DNA of 63,528 bases, filler included, from Nemertoderma westbladi (taxonomy: Eukaryota; Animalia; Xenacoelomorpha): the NCBI GenBank assembly GCA_032718475.1. It is 3 parts of 3 records of this genome, joined end to end, with 100 filler letters (N's around TTAATTAATTAA, not from the genome) between each part and the next. Parts side by side here need not be neighbours in the genome. Positions count along the whole stretch, not along the records: positions 29,010 to 55,587 come from JAUCBJ010004799.1; 2 more parts are not named here. One strand, given 5' to 3'. A program made the translations under genes and the position numbers. The number at the start of each line of letters is the position of its first letter. Position 1 is the first letter of the stretch. Of this stretch, positions 34,415 to 45,877 are shown one piece after another. The notes under the pieces were generated by a model. The model made no database searches and was not told where the DNA came from. It saw nothing but the letters and a program-made list of their open reading frames with translations.

Positions 34415-34537
34415 ACATCGACGAATGCCAAGATAACACTGATGATTGTCATGAGAATGCCGACTGTACCAACACACCGGGTTCATTCGATTGTACCTGC
34501 CAAGTGGGATACACAGGAGCTGGGACGTTGTGTGAAG
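34415..34537 (+). CDS. Calcium-binding EGF-like domain exon (fibrillin/uromodulin-type repeat), phase 1-1
   Basis: TTAG|123 nt|GTAAGT; [41 protein letters not shown]. Confidence 0.92.
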
Positions 34538-34608
34538 GTAAGTACTGTATTGTATAATGGGGAATTAATTTGTTTTAAAGGACAAAAATAACTCAATAGA
34601 CGTCACAT

Positions 34609-35253
34609 CGTACCTTTCATTTTCAAACAACCTAAATGACAAAATTGACTTTTCCTGTAAAACGGCATTTTCGATTCTAATTTTGTTTGAAAGTAATATT
34701 CCATGATTTTGGTCTTATTTACTTTTAAATCCATTAAATGTAACGATTTTAAACAAAAATAGTTATGGTACAGTATTTGAATTATGTAACATATTCGGTA
34801 GGAAACAATGTATAGGGATATAGGTTGTTTCAAAAAAAATATTACATTTTTTACAATGATTACTCAAAAAGCATTAAAACTCTTAAGACGAATTTGATTA
34901 TTAAGTTTTAAAATTATTAAACAAATCTCCCTCTATCATAATAAACAACAGTTCTAGATCCTGATTCGTTGTTTCCAATTTTATATCAACGTTTCCCGGG
35001 CTTACTCTATTTCTAATAGTAACATGTATTATTATTTTTTTATAGGTTGTTTTAAAAAAATAATTCTTTATCATGCCGTCTATGCAAAACTGGCATATAG
35101 GTGGTTTTGAAACGATAAATATCTCAGTTATACGTGGGAGCATGGCCTTCTAAGTGTGTTAATCGGATTCAGAATACATTTTAACATAAAGAAATGCAGA
35201 AATTACCATTTCGGCAAAAATGGCATATAGATGGTTTCAAAATGAAAGGGACG
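34609..35253. mobile_element. MITE, 645 bp, apparent 4-bp TSD ACAT
   Basis: TIRs CGTACCTTTCATTTTCAAAC / GTTTCAAAATGAAAGGGACG; empty site present in unit 2 near 51655. Confidence 0.8.
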
Positions 35254-35809
35254 ACATTATCGACAGTAAATTTACCGATTTTAACATTTACTACCAGATT
35301 TGGTTATATTTTATCTTCGCAATAATTTTTCTTGTCCGTTTAAATCACTCATGATGTCCTTTTTTTTCACTTTTTATGTCCTCCAGAAATCTACCGTTAG
35401 GTTCCTTGCTACCGGTTTCTCTACTGCTGTTCTCTTAGGCTATATGTACCGGTATTAGTATATATACTGTAGAGCACTATTTTGCAGTATTGCATTGTAT
35501 GTAGGTATAAAGCATACTGTATGCCTTACTGACTCACTGAATCTGTGATATGTACAATTGTAAATATGATAGGCCTAATTGCTGAATTGCGATAAAGTAG
35601 TCCATAGTATAAGTCGTTTTGTTTTATTCACTGTTCATATTTCTCCTGTTTTATTATGTGCAGTTTTGTTTATACGCTTCTATGACAGCGGGTCTCCACC
35701 CACATAATATAATAATAATAAATGATAAAGGTAATTTATTAATTACGGTAATTTCAGTATTTTAGTACCGGTACCGGTTTTACATAGTTTATTGTTATGT
35801 TCATGACAT

Positions 35810-36955
35810 AGTTTATTGTTTTGGTTAGAAAATCCCGCCTCTGTAACATGCTCCTTTCCCTGATTTGGTAAAGTGACCGTTTATTGTTTTGTTTAGAAAG
35901 GCCCGCCTCTGTAACCTGATCCTTTCCTTCATTTGGTAAAGTGACTGTTTATTGTTTTGGTTAGAAAATCCCGCCTCTGTAACCCGCCCCTTTCCCTCAA
36001 TCAGTTAAATGATCGTTTAATGTTTTGTTTAGAAAATCCCGCCTCTGTAGCCTGCTAATTTCCCTGATTTGGTAAAGTGACCGTGTATTGTTTTGGTTAG
36101 AAAGCCCCGCCTCTGTAACCTGCTCCTTTCCTTCATTTGGTAAAGTGACTGTTTATTGTTTTGGTTAGAAAATCCCGCCTCTGTAACCCGCCCCTTTCCC
36201 TCAATTAGTTAAATGATCGTTTATTGTTTTGGTTAGAAAATCCCGCCTCTGTAACCTGCTCCTTTCCCTCAATTAGTTAAGTGATCGTTTATTGTTTTGG
36301 TTAGAAAAGCCCGCCTCTTTAACCTGCTCCTTACCCTCAATTGTTAATGTTATCGTTTATTGTTTTGGTTAGAAAAGAAGACCATCTATGTAACCTGCTC
36401 CTTTCCTTCATTTGGTAAAGTGATTGTTTATTGTTTTGGTTAGAAACTTCCGCCTCTGTAACCCACCCCTTTCCCTCAATTAGTTAAATGATCGTTTATT
36501 GTTTTGGTTAGAAAATCCCGCCTCTGTAACCTGCTCCTTTCCTTCAATTAGTTAAGTGATCGTTTATTGTTTTGATTGAAAATCCCGCTTCTGTAACCTG
36601 CTCCTTTCCCTGATTTGGTAAAGTGATCGTTTATTATTTTGGTTAGAAAAGCCCGCCTCTTTAACCTGCTCCTTTCCTCAATTGGTAATGTTATCGTTTA
36701 TTGTTTTGGTTAGAAAAGACCATCCATGTAACCTGCTCCTTTCCTTCATTTGGTAAAGTGATAGTTTATTGTTTTGGTTAGAAAATCCCGCCTCTGTAAC
36801 GCTCCTTTCCCTGATTTGATAAAGTGACCGTTTATTGTTTTTTTTAGAAAGGCCAGCCTCTATAACCTGCTCCTTTTCCTTCATTTGGTAAAGTGACTGT
36901 TTATTGTTTTGTTTAGAAAATCCGGCCTCTCTAACCTGCTCCTTTCCATCAATTG
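35810..36955. repeat. 68-bp minisatellite (about 17 copies), duplicate of 31715-32635
   Basis: Same unit and largely the same order of variants. Confidence 0.95.
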
Positions 36956-37880
36956 TAATTGTTTTTGGCTATAAAATGAGTGTTTTGCTACGTCATGTGG
37001 TAATCAATTATCGACAACAACCACAAACTATTAAATTTAGAGTCTTTTACCACAGGCGCATATGGAAATCTATCCCATAGTCTATAAATCATGTAATTGT
37101 GAATGTTTTGGCACAGGCATAGTGAAACCAACTGTCCGACAGACCAGAAATCAACAAATTTTGAATGTTTACGCATAGGCATGTTGAAATCAACTGTCTG
37201 ATACTGTAGTCCAGAAATCAGCAGTCTGACAGTTTGAAGAAATACATACATAAAAAGTCATTAAAGGACAACAAAAGTCATTAAAGGGACAACAAAAGTC
37301 ATTATGCACAATTCGAAAAAAAGGAGGATAAAAAAAGTCAAATAAAAGGACATAAAAAATCACTGCCTTTTATCTTATACAAAGCCTTCCCGATAGTGGG
37401 GTCGCTTAAGGCTGAAATATAGCAAAATCGTTAATTGCTGGACAAAAGCATGAAAATGTGACTATATATGTAAAAAAATGTGTAGATTAATCTGAGCCTG
37501 TGTACCAAAAAAATTGACTACTTCCCTAGCAACAGGGTGACTTTTTCATAGCAACCGGATACTTTTGGTCGTATCTGTTATTGAAACTCGCCATATAGAA
37601 AAATTACGATTATATTACTGGGTTGGTTTAAAAATAGAAGTCGAGTACACGTTTCCATAGCAACAAGGTGACCTTTCCCTAGCAACCGTTGTATATTTAA
37701 TGTAATTATGATTGAAACTTGGGATAAATAACCTGGCTAGCAATAGAAGATGGTTAATAGTGTATTCGGGGCTGATACACGTTTCCTTAGCAACAAGATG
37801 ACCTTTCCCTAGCAACTGCCTGCAATTCTGATTGAAATTTGGGATCATGTTGGGATAATCAACCTGTATAGCAATATAAG

Positions 37881-38162
37881 GCCCATGTGAAGAATACCAG
37901 ACTTTCTGCTGTTATATTTCACTTTGCAGTTACTCCCTTGTGAAGAATACCAGGTTTTCACCAAAACCACATTTTACAGAAGGGCTGAATCTAACCAAAA
38001 CAATAAACGAATTAGTATATGTACAGGTTATAAGAGAGAAATAAGCGCTATAAAACATTTAATAAAGATAAATTTAAAAAATAAAAATCTTCATATATAA
38101 AATTCCAATAAAAAGTCGACCGAAAAGTGAAATCCTGGTATTCTTCACGTGCGGCATGGGCG
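37881..38162. mobile_element. Small MITE with 8-bp TSD inside Academ
   Basis: TSD AATATAAG (37873-37880, 38163-38170); imperfect TIRs GCCCATG..TGAAGAATACCAG / CTGGTATTCTTCA..CATGGGC. Confidence 0.65.
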
Positions 38163-39163
38163 AATATAAGATTATTAGTAGTTATATTAGAGCTGATTGA
38201 TACACGTTTCCATAAAAATATTTAAATTTATGGGAATAATGTGTGTTTATAAAACTACAGTGTAAAAGTACAGTTAAAAATCCAAAAATGTAGCCACGGG
38301 CGGAGCTGATCCCGTAATAATAATAATATAATAGTACAACATGGATATATTTCTCTAAAAAATCTGTAAGAACTACTGTACTTCCAATTTCAAAAATTTG
38401 TTTACTATTTCACTTGCCAGGCCCAGATGTAATACGGTTTTAGAACATCGTCATGCACTGAAAGGAGGCCAGAGGAACAATATATCCTTGGCAATAACTT
38501 AAATCGTTCTAGAATGTTTCGCATATAATGAAAACAAACATAGATAAATATAATACCAATACTACCGGTAGCTGTTGTTGTATTTTATTCGTGTAGGAAA
38601 ATGGTCAATAATCAGAGTGTAATATAATAGTCACAGTCATTTTGCGATTCTAGAATTAGAATTATGATACAGAATAGTACATCATGGTACTAGTGAGCTG
38701 GTTATTGCTTATTCCCTCTAAATTAACATTATGTAACTTTTGTTTTGGTTTGTGGTTTGTATATATTTATTGGCACTACTTCGCCCTGTCGACAGCCTCT
38801 GTCAATTTTTTTAACCATTAATTTTTTGGTGTTTTTCAATGTTTTGTTTGATAATGGTGAATGTTCTAGAACCTTAAGTAGATATTTTTTTAATAGCAGC
38901 TAGCGTTTTTTTACTAGCTAGCATTTTTTGAAAATAAAAAAAAACTTTGTTAACATTATTAATTAGCTAGCATTTTTATGAAGGTAGTGGTTTTTTTACT
39001 ACAGTAGCTTGTAATAGCAAGTATTTAAAATGGGTATTACTACACCTTGGGTCACACCTACGAAAATTTTTTTTAATACATAAATAGGTTATTTAAGAAT
39101 ACTAATATTGTTCTACAATGTATATTAATAAATAGATAATTGTTCTAGAATGTATATTAACAG

Positions 39164-39682
39164 TTAGTTAATTGGATACTCTTGCTTTACTAATTCAATA
39201 AGGTCGTTAAACGGTGAACGTTTGTGAAGCATCCTCCACCGATACTCATCCAGGTGACTTTGAAGTAAATTCAATCTAGTGCCTTTCCGTTGCTTCATTA
39301 TCATAAGTTTGGCATGTCCCCATAATCCTTCTATAAGTTGCGTGTTCGCTCCGGTGATCTGGTCTACGAATCTACCACGCCCCTTCTTACTGTGGTTTAC
39401 GTGTTTGTGGAAGTATTTACCGCTGCCGTCACAGGCTTTCCATGGAAAACGTTTGCTAGTTATCCCAACAGTTTTGCCGCAGTATGCAGCCCATTCGTCG
39501 CTAAATATCGTTGTACCACCTTTGACATTGCTCTCTAGAATCGGACGCAAGGTTCTCATGTTCCTTCTTTTAACTATGAACATTCTAACGTCTACTTCTC
39601 GATCCGGTCGCTTCCAAGCTATGCCAAAAATCCAGGGTCCAACAACCATAGTACCATAATTGTTAGATCTAGTTCCTACAAC
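39164..39682 (-). pseudogene. Merlin DDE transposase, C-terminal half
   Basis: NYGTMVVGPWIFG...TIFSDEWAAY...VNHS...NTQLIEGLW...HLDEYRWR; joins 44989 in frame after removing C. Confidence 0.92.
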
Positions 39683-40932
39683 TGTAAAAGCTTTTGTGGG
39701 ATATAACTGGCCCTTTTGCTTTGCAATCCAGTTTCCCCCCAGGCGCTGGAATACTCTAAAAAGCTCTCTAACTCGAATGATGCAAAGCGACCGGCTGATT
39801 GGCTGATTTGTTATACAAGGGGCTCTTTGCTATGTTCTATCGGCCAACCAGAGCTATAGCAGCAGAGTATGCAACCAGGGCAACCGAGCGGAGTGACTCA
39901 TTTTGTGTGTTGGCCAAGGGTTGCAAAATTCCTGATAGTTCGGCATTTAGATATTCGTGGAACTTGTGGAATCTGGTGTTCTGCCAATGAGAGCTATTCC
40001 TCTCTGTGTAAAAGATACCTGCAACGGTGTTAGGGACAGTAGCAGTTTTTTGTGACTCTGTTGTGTTTTTTCTATCTAGGCCAAGAACACCGGCTCTGGA
40101 GTCAATTGTTTTCAGACTTTAGAAGAAACATTAGTAGGCTTAGATTATAGAGCGTATAACTGTTATCGGCCCAATTATCAGCGCAGTAGCGCAGCGGTAC
40201 AATCTTATATTGTTATAATCTTAACCCACCGTCTTAATGCTTTACTGTTGTTATTATTAGTATCAGTTGGTTGCATATTATTATTTGGAGAACATCTATA
40301 AAGAACCCAAATTTCCCAATTTTCTTGATACACTACAGGTTAGAGAGACAGGTTATATATAGCGATTGCGACTTATATTATCGTGGTTTGTAGTGAGTTT
40401 AATGCTATTTGATAGGCACTACATGAGTCAATTGCTGTTCTCTTCATATATGATAAAATTCATTGGCGGTCGGCAGATTAGTGTGCAGTATTGTGCGTTA
40501 CCGGTAGTGTGCATGATTGTGGCTGATAACTAAGCATTTCCTAAAGAATGCGCCTCATACGTGAATCATAAGCCTTACAGCCTTACCGTTGTGTTTAGTA
40601 TAAGTCATATCTCTGTTTACCTAGATAGAGCGCCACGTCCTAAAGGAACTGTTAATATTTCCCGAAAGTGAATAATACTCGTCAGAAATTATTTATTAAC
40701 GATCAATCGAATAATACAGTAAGCTTACACTGCAATAATAAAATCTAAGCCCCATCCGAATTCAGTCTCCCGGGTATATCCAGCGGGTGAATGGACGCGC
40801 ACTAGGCTGGCTTCGGATAATGTTGTGTTTATTGGTATTAAATACTTGTCATTTACTAAAGTCTATTTATAAACCAAAAGACATATAAATTTTGGCAGGT
40901 TAAACTGCTAAAGGTCTTCAAAAGCGCGTACA

Positions 40933-40943
40933 ATAACAGTTAT
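40933..40943 (+). promoter_or_regulatory. Non-tRNA PBS-position sequence of C, complementary to its own LTR
   Basis: ATAACAGTTAT abuts the LTR; its complement ATAACTGTTAT lies at 40156-40166. Confidence 0.65.
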
Positions 40944-40997
40944 TTTCTTTATTGCAGTAAGCAATAAAGTTGAAAGTACCGGTCGACCGGTAAACCT

Positions 40998-41237
40998 GAA
41001 CCGGTACTGCTGTAGGTCCGTTTGCCCAACTGCCAGAACCGGTACTGCTGTAGGTCCGTAGGCCCAACTGCCAGAACCGGTACTGCTGTAGGTCCGTAGG
41101 CCCAATTGCCAGAATCGGTACTGCTGTAGGTCCGTAGGCCCAACTGCTTGAACCGGTACTGCTGTAGATCAGTAGGCCTAACTGCCTGAACCGGTACTGC
41201 TGTAGGTCTGTAGGCCCAACTGTCCTAACCGGTACTT
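40998..41237 (+). repeat. 38-bp tandem repeat (about 6 copies) in the leader of C
   Basis: Unit GAACCGGTACTGCTGTAGGTCCGTAGGCCCAACTGCCA. Confidence 0.93.
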
Positions 41238-43286
41238 CCAGTACAAGTACATTAGTATTATTTCGATTGTGATCTATGGTATATTGTAGGCTGCCAGGGG
41301 AATAGGGATTGATCACCCCTCATTCTTTTGTATAGTTTACTTATTTCTGTCAGTTTTATTTACGTGTAAGTTAATATTGAGTAGAAGGCGTGTAACCCTG
41401 CTCAGATTGTTCAGATAATTGTAGGCTGGTCTGTTGGCTGACTTTTGTCGGGTTTGGAGAGATTGCGGCGTATGTAGAGTTTGTCTGATAAAGTGCCAGT
41501 TAGTAAGTTGGGGCAGCCAGAGCTGTAAGGTCAACCCCCTCCTAAAGAATAAGTCGTACTACCGTGTTAGAACGCATACTAACTAACCATTTTGGAATCT
41601 GCATATACTGTAGTTTATTTAGGCTTGATAGTAGTCTGCCAGCGTTTTAGCCTGTGTTTGTTTGTGTGGTCTGTTCAGGTACCGTAATAGTTATTACTCA
41701 GATATTTTGTAGGCTGGATTGTTGTCTAGCTATTATTAGGTCTGAAGAGATTGCTGCGTGTGTAGAGTTTGTCTGATAAAGTGCCAGTTAGTAAGTTGGG
41801 GCAGCCAGAGCTGTAAGGTGAATCCCCTCTTAAAGAATAAGTCGTACTACCGTGTTAGAACGCATACTAACTAACCATTTTGGAATCTGCACATACTGTA
41901 GTTTATTTAGGCTTGGTGGTAGTCTGCCAGTGTTTGGTTTGTATTTGTTTGAGTATTCTGTACGGGTAGCGTAATATTTATTATTCAGAGTTTATGCGAT
42001 TATTCGCAACATTCATGTCCCCAAGTTTATTCCTACAGTAATTGTGCTTGTTACACATACCGTTATAGTTAAATTAACCCCGGTACTACACGGGCTGCTT
42101 GGCGTAGGTAAAGACTGGTGACTTAGTGCTCCGGTCACTCCAGCAGATGCCGTGGTTCTTTTAACTGTTCAAGTATATTTAACTGCTAGTTATCTGTTTT
42201 TAATAAGTACTTGTACCTAATTTAGGGTTTGGTGTACAGTGCTTTCCGAAAGTAATTAGTGTGTAGGCAGTGTATTGTGTTGTAAAGTGGTTAATAGGCA
42301 CGTTGGATCTGGTAGTCCGCGGTAATTAACTTCTAGGTAGGAACACTCCGTGATACATAACGTAGTACCTATAGCGATACGGCTATAGGTCGTCAGGCGG
42401 TGGTATTTTCCTATCTGGACAGCGCAATATATATTTACTACTACTTATTATTTTCAAATACCGTAGTACCCTGTCCGTTGTAATAACCAGAAGTTCTAAC
42501 CCTTTGTTAGACTGGTTTGTAGACTTCCTGTAAAATTACCCTAAAATTTCATATGTAATATTTTGTTGTGTTTTAATTAGAGAATTAATCTCACCCGTAT
42601 CGTACGTAATTTGTAGTATTAAGTAACTTAGGTAAATTAGAATTATCTGTTTTAGTGTCCAATAAGTAGCACTTCACTGAGAGCGCACAGCTTCTGTGTA
42701 GTGACTCCCCCCAGAAATAATAACATTTATTTCAAATATTGACAAAACCCATTTTTAAACGGGTATATATATATTATAAATCAACTCAAAGATTTATAAA
42801 TAGTAGGCCTGCCATACAACACCTAGGTCTCAATACCAGTTGGACTACTGCTTAAATAACGGTAATAAAGTAAGTTAAAGTAACTAAGTAACCTTTAAAA
42901 TTTCAGAAATTCAATTATTCTAAAATAATTGACATACCGGTATTTACCATAGGCTTATTATATTTATTTCTATAAATTTGGGCTGAAATCATACCGGTAT
43001 TCTGTAATTAATTCTAGTTCATAATTATACTTATATATACTATAAGTGTAAGCTGCATACCGGTATTCACGATAGGCCTATTATATATTTATATATATTT
43101 GTGCTAAAATTATATACCGGTATTCTGCGACAAACCTAGTCTACAATACTTATATATATTATAAGTGTATACCGGTATTCTAATATACTGTAATAAATTA
43201 CCGGTACTAGGCCAACGGTCATACTGAATTACTAGACTTGCTTTGACTGTAACTATAGCAGTAAGCATTCAACTGTACAGCTAAAC

Positions 43287-44468
43287 ATGTCTGACACCCA
43301 GCAAAACCTGTCAGACAGTCTAATCGATACAACCATCTGTGACACAGATAGGAGTGTGGAGCGATTAAGAAAGGGGTTCAGCTCACCTCCTACTGAAAGA
43401 AAGGTCATCCCTCCAGTAGTAGTATCAGACCCTAGGCTAATCCAACACCGTAGGTCTATCATCGGCACTCGGGCCCAGGTCAAACGGAACCAGGAAGCAG
43501 CTGTCCAACAGCAGCAAAATCCTAGGCAAGAAACTCGTTCCCAGCGACCCGATAGCTCCAGTAGTTCGGATACTGTAGAGCTGACCCCCGAACGCGGAGT
43601 GAAGATGGCGGCTACAGTCTATTCGGATCCCCTTCTCACCCTTCCTGCCGCAGTACTAACTACTATATTCATTGCGGTGGAGGAACACCAAGTCGATTGG
43701 GCGAGAAGTAAGCGAGCGACCCAAGATAGTTATGCGGGATACGCCAGGGAAGAATTGATGTCTATTGTCGAGTCACAATGGAACTTTCCCGGACCCGGAC
43801 TCCCGTTAGATTTGTCCGAAGCTACTTGGGAAGACATACACAGGATGGGAGTGACTAAAGATACGATGGATCCAGCTGTTTGGAAGAGGTCAGCAGCAGG
43901 ATATGTGCAGGGATTCTTCGGCTCCTTAGAGCGATTAGAAGAACAACTGTTTCGACAACCCCAAGGACCTCAAGAGCAGGAAGAGCTGCTATATCAAGTA
44001 CGCGAAAGAACCCTACGCATTAGACTAATCCTATCAGCCTTTGAGGAAACTTCCAAAAGAAGACAGGACACGTCGCTGCAGGTTGCTGTCAAGACTTGGT
44101 TCCAGCGGGTAGGTCTCAAAGTACAAGAAACGGCCCAGTGGAAATCCCAGCTGGCTGAGAGACCAACCTATGAAGAACCAACCGATGCCACCCTTTCTCA
44201 AGAGGAAAGCGAAGGGACAGCAGAGAGACCGCGAACGAGAGACGCCATCGACATCTATCTGTCAGACTATCAACGCTTCGTGGGTGATGAAGAGTTGAGG
44301 AGACGACTGGCTGGACTTCGCCCCAATAGTGAAGGAGCCAAGCTTGTGTTGGACTCAATCGATGCGGAAATGTTAGCTGCAAACCAAGCTAAATTTGATG
44401 AAAACAGGTTATATATAGCGATTGCGACTTATATTATCGTGGTTTGTAGTGAGTTTAACGCTATTTGA
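43287..44468 (+). CDS. Element C Gag N-terminal region, truncated and reading into the LTR after 44404
   Basis: MSDTQQNLSDSLIDTT and RDAIDIYLSDYQRFVGDEELRRRL match element B Gag. Confidence 0.85.
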   Translation: MSDTQQNLSDSLIDTTICDTDRSVERLRKGFSSPPTERKVIPPVVVSDPRLIQHRRSIIGTRAQVKRNQEAAVQQQQNPRQETRSQRPDSSSSSDTVELTPERGVKMAATVYSDPLLTLPAAVLTTIFIAVEEHQVDWARSKRATQDSYAGYAREELMSIVESQWNFPGPGLPLDLSEATWEDIHRMGVTKDTMDPAVWKRSAAGYVQGFFGSLERLEEQLFRQPQGPQEQEELLYQVRERTLRIRLILSAFEETSKRRQDTSLQVAVKTWFQRVGLKVQETAQWKSQLAERPTYEEPTDATLSQEESEGTAERPRTRDAIDIYLSDYQRFVGDEELRRRLAGLRPNSEGAKLVLDSIDAEMLAANQAKFDENRLYIAIATYIIVVCSEFNAI

Positions 44469-44988
44469 TAGGCACTACATGAGTCAATTGCTGTTCTCTT
44501 TATATATGATAAAATTCATTGGCGGTCAGCAGATTAGTGTGCAGTATTGTGCGTTACCGGTAGTGTGCATGATTGTGGCTGATAACTAAGCATTTCCTAA
44601 AGAATGCGCCTCATACGTGAATCATAAGCCTTACAGCCTTACCGTTGTGTTTAGTATAAGTCATATCTCTGTTTACCTAGATAGAGCGCCACGTCCTAAA
44701 GGAACTGTTAATATTTCCCGAAAGTGAATAATACTCGTCAGAAATTATTTATTAACGATCAATCGAATAATACAGTAAGCTTACACTGCAATAATAAAAT
44801 CTAAGCCCCATCCGAATCCAGTCTCCCGGGTATATCCAGCGGGTGAATGGACGCGCACTAGGCTGGCTTCGGCTAATGTTGTGTTTATTGGTATTAAATA
44901 CTTGTCATTTACTAAAGTCTATTTATAAACCAAAAGACATATAAATTTTGGCAGGTTAAACTGCTAAAGGTCTTCAAAAGCGCGTACA

Positions 44989-45573
44989 ACAACCTTATGT
45001 TTTATCTTTCGATTACGCTTTTTGAAAGGTACATCTCCTAGAAGTCTTCGCCCACGTTTATATTTTCTTCTTCCACGAAACAATGATTCGTCGATTTGTG
45101 CTGTTTCCCCAACTCCCCCCATTAGCTCAGCGTTATCTTTGTCTTTTGCTAACAGCTCTCTAATGTAATTTTGCCAATCCACTATCTTAGTCATAGACTT
45201 TCCTACCAGTCCATCAAGAAATCGTAGTGTGACTCTAGCGGACATGTTGATTATAAAAAAGAACATGATCCAGAAAATTTGCTCCACAAGCAAATTAGAA
45301 CTCGAACTGAACCACGTACCTTCACGAGCTGATCTTTGATGTTTGTGAGGTCCCCTACAGCGCCAGAAATCCATATCTCATTCTCCTCCAAATGTATGCA
45401 CTATAAGTATATCCTTCTGACTTACATGTTGATTCAGCGTTTGCAGAAGGCAACAATCCGGATGACTGTGCATAGTTAATTGCATTCTCTTCAGAGCATA
45501 ATTTTGCACCAATTTCCTTTATATTTAAATCATTTGACAATCTTAAATGTGAATGACGTGAAACATCACTCAT
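44989..45573 (-). pseudogene. Merlin transposase, N-terminal half (frameshifted near 45370)
   Basis: AINYAQSSGLL...WRCRG...REGTWF...IVDWQNYIRE...MGGVGETAQIDESLFRGRRKYKRGR. Confidence 0.9.
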
Positions 45574-45877
45574 AGCGACAAAGTACTGTTATTCGACAGT
45601 TATGCACTTTGTGCAAGTGGTTATAATAAATATAAAACATTCTAGAATTCAATTACTATTGTTACAGTACGCTTAAAACACTATAAAACATGCTTATAAT
45701 TAAATTTGTCAGGTGTGACCCAAGGTGTAGTAATACCTTAAAATGTTTAAAAGTGATTTTTTTAATATTACGTTATTTATAGGTGTGGTTGGTTGGTAAA
45801 CAAGCCTATATTTTTTATGGGTTTTATTTTATTATTCTTTCCAGCGACACTTTGCTGAATTTAGACTCAGAAAACAT

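Larger units (their letters stand above)
31458..35317 (+). repeat. Tandem segmental duplication unit 1 (unit 2 spans 35528-51719 with insertions)
   Basis: Colinear near-identity with 35528-37393 plus 48944-51719. Confidence 0.9.
39683..44988 (+). mobile_element. BEL-like LTR element C (family of B), internally deleted
   Basis: 5' LTR 39683-40932, partial 3' LTR 44404-44988 (equivalent to 40348-40932), TSD ACAAC (39678-39682, 44989-44993); leader and gag homologous to B. Confidence 0.92.
39033..45737 (-). mobile_element. Merlin (IS1016/IS1595-related) DNA transposon, about 1.4 kb without its insert
   Basis: Perfect 27-bp TIR GGTATTACTACACCTTGGGTCACACCT and 8-bp TSD TTAAAATG (39025-39032, 45738-45745). 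Confidence 0.94.

Noticed and set aside
40908-41316. Repetitive minus-strand ORFs (GPTAVP/YSSTGS repeats)
   Set aside because: Translations of the 38-bp tandem repeat.
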